Source of the DNA: Candidatus Heimdallarchaeota archaeon
GTDB lineage: Archaea; Asgardarchaeota; Heimdallarchaeia; JABLTI01
Reading direction: 5' to 3'
NCBI GenBank assembly: GCA_019058275.1
Contig: JAHLVW010000007.1
Span: forward strand, 1 to 15,227
DNA: 15,227 nt
Of the stretch, positions 1 through 7,477 are shown piece after piece. The translations under genes were made by a program, and so were the position numbers. Positions within the stretch are counted from its first letter, which is position 1. The number at the start of each line of letters is the position of its first letter. The notes below the pieces were generated by a model. That model saw only the letters and a program-made list of their open reading frames with translations, had not been told where the DNA came from and made no database searches.

Positions 1-1560
1 AAGAACAGTTGAGTGGGGGATTCCCGAGTCCATGTAGGGCACGGGGCTGGTTTGAGCTAAGCTCTTTATTTCTTGGTAGTCGATAAAGCTGGCTCGATAA
101 ATGTTGATTGCCGCGATGTAGTCTCGGTCTGCTATGAAGCCACATTCCGGGCAGTGGAAGAAGCGTCCTCGCTTTTCAGCAACAAGGTTGTTTGGTCCGA
201 GAACTTTTTGTCCTTTTGCTGAGCAACGGGGGCAGTGTGAGGAGGTGTTCCAGGGGCAGACTTTTTGCAAGAGAATTCCTGCTTCTTTTCTCTTGTATTC
301 TAGCAGGTTTGCTATTCTTCCTCTGAGCCACTGGCTTAATCTTCTTGACCAGCTTTTTCTTCCTTTTGGCGGTTTATAGTTTCTGAGGTCTTCTATGACA
401 ATTTTAGTACAGGACCACATTTGAGCAATTTTTATGAGGATGTTTGTTGTGGTGTGAGCGAGTTCTTCTCCAAGACGATTACGTTTTGCATAGAGCTTAC
501 TTCTTTCTTCCTCTTTTCGCACTACTCCTCTTTGGTTGCTTTCTCGTCTCTTCTTTTGCTTTGCTAGTTGTCTTTGAATCTCTGCTATGTGGTTGTAGAG
601 TCGCTCGATATGACGGTAATTTGAGCCTTTAAGGTTGATGAAAATGGGTTTTGATATTTGTTTTCCATCCTCGCAGATGACTATTGTTGCTACTTTTTTC
701 AACCCGAGATCCACTGCTAGTGCTCGACCATTCCCTTCCTTTCTTATTGTTCTTGGGCACTCCCATGGGAACTGGAGAAAGAAATAGTTGAGACCACCTT
801 TTAGTGTTCTTTTTGTCAAGGTTGGTTTAAGTGGTTGGAGTGACCGTGCTCGGGTTATTTTTTCTTTTATTTTCTCTGGGATGACGAGTTCGCTCTGCAC
901 CCACTCCCAGTCACTTTTGCTTTTTGGTTCTGAACAAGTTGGTAGCTTCATTCGTAGGTGGATGGTTTCACCATCAGAGTTGTATTGTATTGCTTGTCCG
1001 TCATCAGGTCCGAAAGGAAAAGCGTATTTGTTTATTTCTGGTTTCACAATGTCTGTGTAGGAGAACAAGTCAAAAACGTTATTTTGTCGTTGTTGCCATT
1101 TAAGTATCATTGCTATTGTTTGTTCGACCATGACTTTTTTATACTTGGGATAAGTTTTTCCGTTTTTAGAAATGGTTCTACAATGTTGCATCACAACAGA
1201 TAGAAGTTTGTTTTCATTTGTTTCTGGTCCTAACCAGTTGATTATTTCCAAGCAGTTATAGAAACATTGGTAGCGCTTGTATTGTCCCCTGATTATCCTT
1301 CCGATCCATTCTGTTGCTCCTCTACGTACTCTAGAGGGAAAGTATATCCCTTCTAAGGATATTTGTGCTTCGTTGATCACTTTATATGCTTTTAGTTCAC
1401 TTGTTCCTAGTTTTGTTATCGATTCTTCTAACCAAATTTCTTCTAGTAGTTTCTTTGCTGTTTTTGTTGTTAATTCTAGGAACCAAGTTAATCGCTCATC
1501 TGTCGGCAATTTGAATTGGTAGCTTTTGGTTGGGACTTTCTTTTTTCGAGGAGGAACCAT
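1..1560 (-). CDS. tnpB: TnpB/Cas12f-like RNA-guided RuvC endonuclease (IS200/IS605 family), 3'-partial, >520 aa
   Basis: Hand translation from ATG at 1560 (MVPPRKKKVPTKSYQFKLP...) stays open for 520 codons to the window edge. It is absent from the ORF track because there is no stop in the window. Motifs: RuvC-I ALAVDLGLKK (D284), RuvC-II KIVIEDLRNY (E390), Zn finger NTSSHCPRC...FFHCPECG, RuvC-III ADRDYIAAINI (D480). Confidence 0.93.
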   Translation of the reverse strand, partial: MVPPRKKKVPTKSYQFKLPTDERLTWFLELTTKTAKKLLEEIWLEESITKLGTSELKAYKVINEAQISLEGIYFPSRVRRGATEWIGRIIRGQYKRYQCFYNCLEIINWLGPETNENKLLSVVMQHCRTISKNGKTYPKYKKVMVEQTIAMILKWQQRQNNVFDLFSYTDIVKPEINKYAFPFGPDDGQAIQYNSDGETIHLRMKLPTCSEPKSKSDWEWVQSELVIPEKIKEKITRARSLQPLKPTLTKRTLKGGLNYFFLQFPWECPRTIRKEGNGRALAVDLGLKKVATIVICEDGKQISKPIFINLKGSNYRHIERLYNHIAEIQRQLAKQKKRRESNQRGVVRKEEERSKLYAKRNRLGEELAHTTTNILIKIAQMWSCTKIVIEDLRNYKPPKGRKSWSRRLSQWLRGRIANLLEYKRKEAGILLQKVCPWNTSSHCPRCSAKGQKVLGPNNLVAEKRGRFFHCPECGFIADRDYIAAINIYRASFIDYQEIKSLAQTSPVPYMDSGIPHSTVL

Positions 1561-1590
1561 TTTTCTTCAATAAAATATAAATATAGCTCA

Positions 1591-1606
1591 TTATATTTAA
1601 TTTTCA
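1591..1606 (-). promoter_or_regulatory. Putative archaeal BRE/TATA promoter of tnpB
   Basis: The minus strand reads TGAAAA-TTAAATATAA about 30-45 nt upstream of the tnpB ATG and has no obvious RBS, consistent with a leaderless or short-leader transcript. The AT-rich context lowers specificity. Confidence 0.35.
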
Positions 1607-1643
1607 TAAAGAGTTAGCTGAAAGTATTATCGTTTCTTTCAAA

Positions 1644-1667
1644 GAATAGTTAATTGATTAGCTATTC
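1644..1667. repeat. Near-perfect 24-bp palindrome in the divergent intergenic region
   Basis: GAATAGTTAAT-TG-ATTAGCTATTC: 10 of 11 arm positions are Watson-Crick complementary and the other is a G-T pair. Confidence 0.8.
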
Positions 1668-1729
1668 GAACAGTTGTACAAAGAGGTATTTAAGAAAGCA
1701 AAAAAGAATAATCTATTAGGAGAATTACT

Positions 1730-3355
1730 ATGCAAGAGTTTCTTAATTGGCAAACAGATCCACTGCTGGTTGATCCTGAACCACTAGCACAAAACACTTG
1801 GTTAACAGCGAATAATCTACTGGAAAGCAATCAATCAGAGAAGATCTTTACAGCTAATAATCAGTTTAATTTGTATTCAATTATGATTCGTAAAAATGAT
1901 TTTGTTACAGGCGAACGAATCATCCAATCATTTCCCTACATTATCCTGGATCAAGAATTGATAACAAAAATTAGAAAACATTCTCTTGCTCTTGCAGAAA
2001 AGACATATAACTATTTTCAAAAATCACATTACACTCGATCTATTCGTGATTGGCAAAAAAAGATCATAGCTTATCTTGAAAAGCAACAACGTCTTCCGTT
2101 CCCACTTTTCCGGTTGGTTCCATCATATGAAAAATTCTTTCAAGAAAAACAAACGGTTAATTTTCAATCCGCTAGAGGTGAGGACTTTCAATTACCTCTT
2201 TATCTTACAGAAAACCTTGCTTATCTTACAGGAGTGGTCATAGGAGATGGTCACCTTGCAGACTACTTTATCAATATTATCGATAGCTCAAAAGTGCACA
2301 TAGAAAATTTAACTCGATTATTAGAAGAATTGTTCAAGTCCAAAACAGAGTTTTTCGAGCAACCAAATGCCAATGCTTGGAATGTGAACATTCTTGGCAA
2401 ATGGGTCGTTCGATTCTTTAATTTCCTTTCTTCACAACCTATTGCTGCTCGAAAGTATCTTGCTTTACGTGAACCACTTATTTTCCAAAGTAATGATCTT
2501 TTCCGGAGTTTGTTTTGGCGTGGTTTGATGGATGCCGATGGAAGTTACAAAAGGGTAATTGGGGTTGCTTCTGCATCGAAACGATTACGGTCAGATTTCG
2601 CCACTTTCTTAACTCAACATCAAATTGATTATCGTTTCTATGAACAAGAAGTATGTGGAGGTTTAACATATAGTTTAAATGTCGCTGGGCAATCACGAAA
2701 ACAATTTGCAAAGTTAATTGGTTCGAATCATCCAGATAAACAACAAGAGCTTCAATCTTTGTTATCTCGCAAAGTTTATCGTTTTTCCCGTCGAATTCAT
2801 ACTGTGCGAAAAATCGGAACATGGCATGGACAGGTTATAGGTTTTAAACATGGAAAACTTGCTAGTGGTTATTTTGACTTTTCTAATTTCCCTATAAATA
2901 TAGTTAATAAAGGAAAGTATATTCGTAAATTACGTCTTTCTAATGAACATACTCAAGCTGAATTAGCAGAGAAATTAAACATAGCACAAGGTATGCTTTC
3001 CAAATACGAATCAAACACTATCTCTATTCCAATCCATACTTTCTTAGTTTTATTACAACAATATCATTTATCTATGGAAAATCTATTATCAGAATATTCT
3101 ATATTGACTTTCCAATTAAGTAAATCTAGTTGTTGTTTTCCGGTAAAACCGAAGAAAAAATTACTAAACCTTATGGCAGGTTTACAATTCAAGGATAATG
3201 GTTATTTCTATATAATAGGGGGATTAAACATTTCATTAGAGGAGTATAAACAAGCTCTAAGCAATTATTTCTTAATCACAATTCCATCCTCTATGAAATT
3301 CTATAATGCTGTTCTCAGAGCATTTTACAAGGAATTCTTTGTTTTAAGAGATTAA
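1730..3355 (+). CDS. Free-standing LAGLIDADG (DOD-type) homing endonuclease-like protein with XRE/Cro-C1 HTH
   Basis: Two LAGLIDADG helices, LAYLTGVVIGDG (D173) and FWRGLMDADG (D270). XRE HTH at ~aa 395-453 (GKYIRKLRLSNEHTQAELAEKLNIAQGMLSKYESN). AGGAGA RBS at 1718-1723. No Hint/intein splicing motifs seen. Confidence 0.85.
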   Translation: MQEFLNWQTDPLLVDPEPLAQNTWLTANNLLESNQSEKIFTANNQFNLYSIMIRKNDFVTGERIIQSFPYIILDQELITKIRKHSLALAEKTYNYFQKSHYTRSIRDWQKKIIAYLEKQQRLPFPLFRLVPSYEKFFQEKQTVNFQSARGEDFQLPLYLTENLAYLTGVVIGDGHLADYFINIIDSSKVHIENLTRLLEELFKSKTEFFEQPNANAWNVNILGKWVVRFFNFLSSQPIAARKYLALREPLIFQSNDLFRSLFWRGLMDADGSYKRVIGVASASKRLRSDFATFLTQHQIDYRFYEQEVCGGLTYSLNVAGQSRKQFAKLIGSNHPDKQQELQSLLSRKVYRFSRRIHTVRKIGTWHGQVIGFKHGKLASGYFDFSNFPINIVNKGKYIRKLRLSNEHTQAELAEKLNIAQGMLSKYESNTISIPIHTFLVLLQQYHLSMENLLSEYSILTFQLSKSSCCFPVKPKKKLLNLMAGLQFKDNGYFYIIGGLNISLEEYKQALSNYFLITIPSSMKFYNAVLRAFYKEFFVLRD

Positions 3356-3388
3356 TGGTTTTGATTCAAAAGAAAAATAACTCAATAG

Positions 3389-3459
3389 CTCACGCTTTGG
3401 GGTGTGCTCGCATCGACGCTACTCATCGCTTACAGCGATTCAAAACGCGTCAGAGTGAG
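3389..3459. other. GC-rich nested inverted-repeat element (possible structured RNA or ssDNA hairpin)
   Basis: Nested complementary pairs CTCAC(3389-3393)/GTGAG(3455-3459), GACGC(3415-3419)/GCGTC(3447-3451) and ATCGCT(3425-3430)/AGCGAT(3434-3439), set in an otherwise AT-rich intergenic region. Confidence 0.45.
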
Positions 3460-3536
3460 AAACCATTGAATTTTTTATCAAAATATACAAGCATGAGGAA
3501 AACAGTTAATCAAAAAGGAATGTCTTTTTTTTCGCT

Positions 3537-3554
3537 GTTTATATAGTTTATATA
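3537..3554 (+). promoter_or_regulatory. Tandem TATA-like boxes upstream of the Cas1-fusion gene
   Basis: Direct tandem repeat GTTTATATA-GTTTATATA about 100 nt upstream of the start. GGAGA RBS at 3645-3649 precedes ATG 3656. Confidence 0.4.
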
Positions 3555-3652
3555 CTTTTGTCGGTATTTTTTTAGCTCTTTTTAAAGAAAACTCAACAAA
3601 TAAAATTAGAGGTCAAAACTGAGTTGATTATAACTCTTTTCCATGGAGAAAT

Positions 3653-6600
3653 TTGATGAGCACCAGTATTTATCCCAAAAAACGCTTACCAAACAGTGTT
3701 TCACTTGGAATTACTAATCAATTAGCTGAAAATGAGTCTCTTTACGATCATATGTTTAGCTCATTCTCGAAAGAAAAACAAGAAGCAATACTATTCAAAA
3801 CGAATCATATGGCTTTTGTTTGCAGGAATGAAGGAAAAACCAGGACCAAGAAAAATGAATTGATCGTTTTCCTCGCAGTTCGTCGTGCGCTTGCTATGAA
3901 GAATCATACAAAACTACCTGTTTATCTAGTTGTTAAGTCAAAGCATGTGGGAAAACAAGTAGCAGTAGAATTAGCTAGGCACTCAACAGATTACAAACTC
4001 TATAATATGATCACATCATTAAGGAATAAGCTCAACAAAGAATTGCTTGAGAAAACCCGTACGGAAGCGGATTTCATTCTAATAACCTACCATAAACTTC
4101 GAGAGCTTGTTTTTTTAAGGGCTAATCCATCAACAGAACATATTGTCTTTGTGAATCCATTAACAACAAAAAATGGTTATAAAGAAGTCATTGCTATGGA
4201 TGATATCATAGGGGGATTGCATAGACACAAGTATCGAAAACCTCATTTCACCTTTCTCATCGATACTAATTCATTTCCTATCATGCAAAAAAAAGATTAT
4301 CAATACCTCTTAAATGTTGAAGAATGCCTTTTTTTCGGTTGTAAAGAAACACCCATGAGTAGTTTCAACAACAAACTAAGAAATACTTTAGAGCACCTTA
4401 ATGATGAGCACATACAGTTCTCTATTTTACGGGAGCTCTTCCGAAGAAAAAGCCTTCTTGATGGGTTAGATCAACGGTTCAAAGAGTCAATTACTTACAA
4501 ATTACATTTATTCAGCAATAATATCTACCCACAATACATTGAACAAAAGGATAATTTCTTCACAGAAGAAGTAATAAGTCGAAAAACTAAAATTGATAAA
4601 AAAATTTATGGAAAATTATCCCAAACACTCACTCTTTTCAATAAGAAAAAAACAACAATGACAATTATCGGAAAAAAACTAGTCGAGATTTTCGACCAAG
4701 AAAAGACAAAATACTCCTGGGAGGATCCAATTGAAACGCCACCGTTCCTACCCTTAATTGAGAAGAATCAAGACAAAAAATACGCTCTAACTAGTTTAGG
4801 TTTAGCATTACTAATTGGCACTTCAAATTTTTCCGGTGTGAAAATTGGCTTAACAGCTTTTTTGTTCTACGTGGCAAACATTCTTTACAGGAATAAGCGT
4901 TTCCCAGTCAAGCTTACTATTGGAGAAATCGTTAATTGTTACTCTAAGCTTATTGGTGCGGATCCAATTTACTTACCAACTGCTATCAAAGAATTTTCAG
5001 TCACAGAGACCATTCAGTCAGAAGAAGAGAAGGAGGAGTTGATCAAATCATTCAATTACTTTATTGAGCGAGAATTTGGGTACATAATGAATGATTACAC
5101 AAGTTATGCTGCACTAACTCTTCTAGGCGCTTTTGAAGAGCTTATGGATGAAAATGCTTTATACTTTTACGAACGATTAAAGGATTTCAAGGAGAAAAAG
5201 GAGCAAAAAAGAGAGTTTAACTTAACAGAAGCAATCTTCAATACGGTGAAAAACAAACCACTAATGATCAGAGAAGTAAGCCAAAAAGTCAAGGTGGAGT
5301 ACAAAGTAGCAAGTAAAGAGCTAAAGAAATTGGAAACGCAAGGACAAATCACTTCTATCAAAACGGTACTGAATGATGGTTTTGAACGTTTGAAGTACTG
5401 CCAACCGGAAGTATTGGAGCTGTTTCCATACCTCAAAAAGACTTGCGGCATTTGCGCTATATACAAAAGAAGGTTTCAGAATTGCCCTTTATTAGAACTC
5501 TTAGCGATTTTTAACACAACTAATTTCCCTATGGAGTATATCGGTTATATTTGTAATATTATCAAAGAATACGCTACAGCGTGCGAACACATAGTTGAAT
5601 ATACTGATTTGGAAGTTGAAGGAGAAAAAATCAGGTACACAAAAACCAAAGAAGATCTTGAACAAAAGAGAAGGGTTGTCAATGGCTCCTATCTTCTAGG
5701 ACAAGAAGTACAAACAAAGTATCTCTGTGCAACTTGTGAAGATGTGATAGAAGAATTCGGTACAGGAGAAGAGATCTTCTTTCCGCGAAGAAGAATTCTT
5801 TGCCCAAATTGCTCAACAGGTTACTACCTAAAAGATGATGGACGCATATTGATCCAGACAGAGCACAGAGATATTCTTCGTCAAAAATATTATGAGGTCG
5901 CAGGGTCGATACCAAAAATACTCAAAGAAGCGGAACCATCGTATGCTTACGTGATCTATGATCAGGTGCATGCAAACGTGGTGATACTCGAGGATGGTTC
6001 ATTAGTTCTTGAAATTTGTGATCACAGAGTTCCCTTGGAAAAAATCCAGTATATTTACTTTGCAGGACAAGAACACAAAGAACTTGAAGGATTTCTAAAA
6101 AAGCTTCTTGAAGTCAGACCGGATAGATTCAAATATACGATCAATAGGTCCCAACAAAAAGAAGAAGAGGATATAGAATTACGGGAAGGATGCGAACCAT
6201 TTACTTCAGAGCAGTATCAGGGTTTGCACAAATTTGTTGGTATAACATCCGAGGAAGAGCTTTGTAACAGCACTTTTCTGAAAGCAAGACAATTATCGAA
6301 TATAGGTGCCTTATTAAAGCATCAAAAAACTCTCCAAGAGAAAAATAAATACTCGACCAAGGTAAACAAGCAATTAAAAGAAATGTTCGATCTCTTGTTG
6401 ATCGTTCAAACAGGGATAAACTCAAGCTATTATGGCCGTCAACTTGAAGGGTTAAGCCAGAATTGTCTTTTTGATTTGATAAAAGAAGTGGGAGGAAAAG
6501 CAGGTCTTTGGACCCACGGAAGAGTTATTTCTCGACTTGTTAAAGACATATTCCTTTCTTCTACAATGAAGATCAGTAATGCTCGAGCACCACTGGATGC

Positions 6601-7477
6601 GCTGCTAAATCAAATATTTCGTCAATTCCGCTTTAAGGTCAACAAAGTGTTCCGAAAAATCGGCTGGGAACCATCCTCATTAGGACCTGGCTTGATCCAT
6701 AAAAGAAAAACAAAATCAGATATTGACCGGAAAGGATTCTACTTTGATATTATTGAGCCTGTTGGCTCATTAGCACTGATGACCTTACTTAATGCACTTA
6801 CTGATGGGTTGTTCTCTGATGCAGATTGCTCATTAGAATTAGATGGTAGTGGTCAAGAAATTTATCGAGTGAAAAACTCATCCATTGAGAAAATCGAGCT
6901 ACTAGTTGATGAAGCACTAGCAGAGCATGTGTTTTACAAAGGAGTAGGGGTGCCTTTTCTAGAAGCTTTTGAAGAAAATTTACTAAAACTCAGGCAAGCA
7001 GTCGAACTCTGGTTCCAAATAAGTGATGATGGAAAAGAACCAACCAGTGAGACGATCAGCCAATGCATGAATGCTGCTGATTATTTCCCCCTTGCTTTTT
7101 GCCCTGATGGTTGCGAAGAGGAGCTAACTATAATCAACAATTTCACAAAAAAATATTCATGCTTTTTTGAAGGTCGAGAAAAACAAGTCTTAGCTGCGAA
7201 GAAGAAACGTCAATTTTTCAGAATAAAAGCAAAGAAGAAATGGCTCATAAGCAACGGGAAAAGAGGAAAAGAAAAATTACAACTAACGAAACATCAAGCA
7301 AAAGAACATGAAAGAAGTTTGCTAGTAGTGTTAGTAATGCTCCAGCTTGGTTTTCATATGAATGGTTTCTTTGGTTATTACTCAACAAACCATATCAGAG
7401 AATTGCTACTATTAACTCAAAACCAAGCACAAAGAATCCTTACCAAAATGGTTACTCAAGGATTATTACTGAAATAG
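3653..7477 (+). CDS. cas1: Giant multidomain protein with diverged Cas1 integrase domain (degenerate SF2 RecA domain - wHTH - Cys clusters - Cas1 - wHTH)
   Basis: Cas1-like N-terminal beta domain YAYVIYD...VVILEDGSLVLEICDHRVPLEKIQYIYFAG (from aa 764). Helical domain GRQLEG (E932), APLDALLNQIF...IGWEP..LGPGLIH (H1016), GFYFDIIEP (D1032/E1035), FYKG...YFPLAF, in canonical Cas1 order. The likely start is ATG 3656. The frame continues past TAG 7475-7477 to 7783. Confidence 0.8.
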   Translation: MMSTSIYPKKRLPNSVSLGITNQLAENESLYDHMFSSFSKEKQEAILFKTNHMAFVCRNEGKTRTKKNELIVFLAVRRALAMKNHTKLPVYLVVKSKHVGKQVAVELARHSTDYKLYNMITSLRNKLNKELLEKTRTEADFILITYHKLRELVFLRANPSTEHIVFVNPLTTKNGYKEVIAMDDIIGGLHRHKYRKPHFTFLIDTNSFPIMQKKDYQYLLNVEECLFFGCKETPMSSFNNKLRNTLEHLNDEHIQFSILRELFRRKSLLDGLDQRFKESITYKLHLFSNNIYPQYIEQKDNFFTEEVISRKTKIDKKIYGKLSQTLTLFNKKKTTMTIIGKKLVEIFDQEKTKYSWEDPIETPPFLPLIEKNQDKKYALTSLGLALLIGTSNFSGVKIGLTAFLFYVANILYRNKRFPVKLTIGEIVNCYSKLIGADPIYLPTAIKEFSVTETIQSEEEKEELIKSFNYFIEREFGYIMNDYTSYAALTLLGAFEELMDENALYFYERLKDFKEKKEQKREFNLTEAIFNTVKNKPLMIREVSQKVKVEYKVASKELKKLETQGQITSIKTVLNDGFERLKYCQPEVLELFPYLKKTCGICAIYKRRFQNCPLLELLAIFNTTNFPMEYIGYICNIIKEYATACEHIVEYTDLEVEGEKIRYTKTKEDLEQKRRVVNGSYLLGQEVQTKYLCATCEDVIEEFGTGEEIFFPRRRILCPNCSTGYYLKDDGRILIQTEHRDILRQKYYEVAGSIPKILKEAEPSYAYVIYDQVHANVVILEDGSLVLEICDHRVPLEKIQYIYFAGQEHKELEGFLKKLLEVRPDRFKYTINRSQQKEEEDIELREGCEPFTSEQYQGLHKFVGITSEEELCNSTFLKARQLSNIGALLKHQKTLQEKNKYSTKVNKQLKEMFDLLLIVQTGINSSYYGRQLEGLSQNCLFDLIKEVGGKAGLWTHGRVISRLVKDIFLSSTMKISNARAPLDALLNQIFRQFRFKVNKVFRKIGWEPSSLGPGLIHKRKTKSDIDRKGFYFDIIEPVGSLALMTLLNALTDGLFSDADCSLELDGSGQEIYRVKNSSIEKIELLVDEALAEHVFYKGVGVPFLEAFEENLLKLRQAVELWFQISDDGKEPTSETISQCMNAADYFPLAFCPDGCEEELTIINNFTKKYSCFFEGREKQVLAAKKKRQFFRIKAKKKWLISNGKRGKEKLQLTKHQAKEHERSLLVVLVMLQLGFHMNGFFGYYSTNHIRELLLLTQNQAQRILTKMVTQGLLLK

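Noticed and set aside
134-1522. Five short plus-strand ORFs (134-379, 444-632, 788-1060, 958-1203, 1277-1522)
   Set aside because: They lie antisense to the continuous tnpB frame and have no recognisable motifs; shadow ORFs.
3-1676. 9-bp direct repeat GAACAGTTG at 3-11 and 1668-1676 as a target-site duplication around tnpB
   Set aside because: The left copy is inside the still-open tnpB frame, IS200/IS605 elements do not make TSDs, and a 9-mer match can be chance.
3381-3470. tRNA or tRNA fragment as integration site
   Set aside because: No cloverleaf, GTTCRA T-loop or acceptor stem on either strand.
3355-3546. 63-aa ORF after the LAGLIDADG gene
   Set aside because: No motifs, and it runs through the GC-rich hairpin and promoter-like sequence. 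It overlaps the upstream stop by 1 nt, so it cannot be fully excluded.
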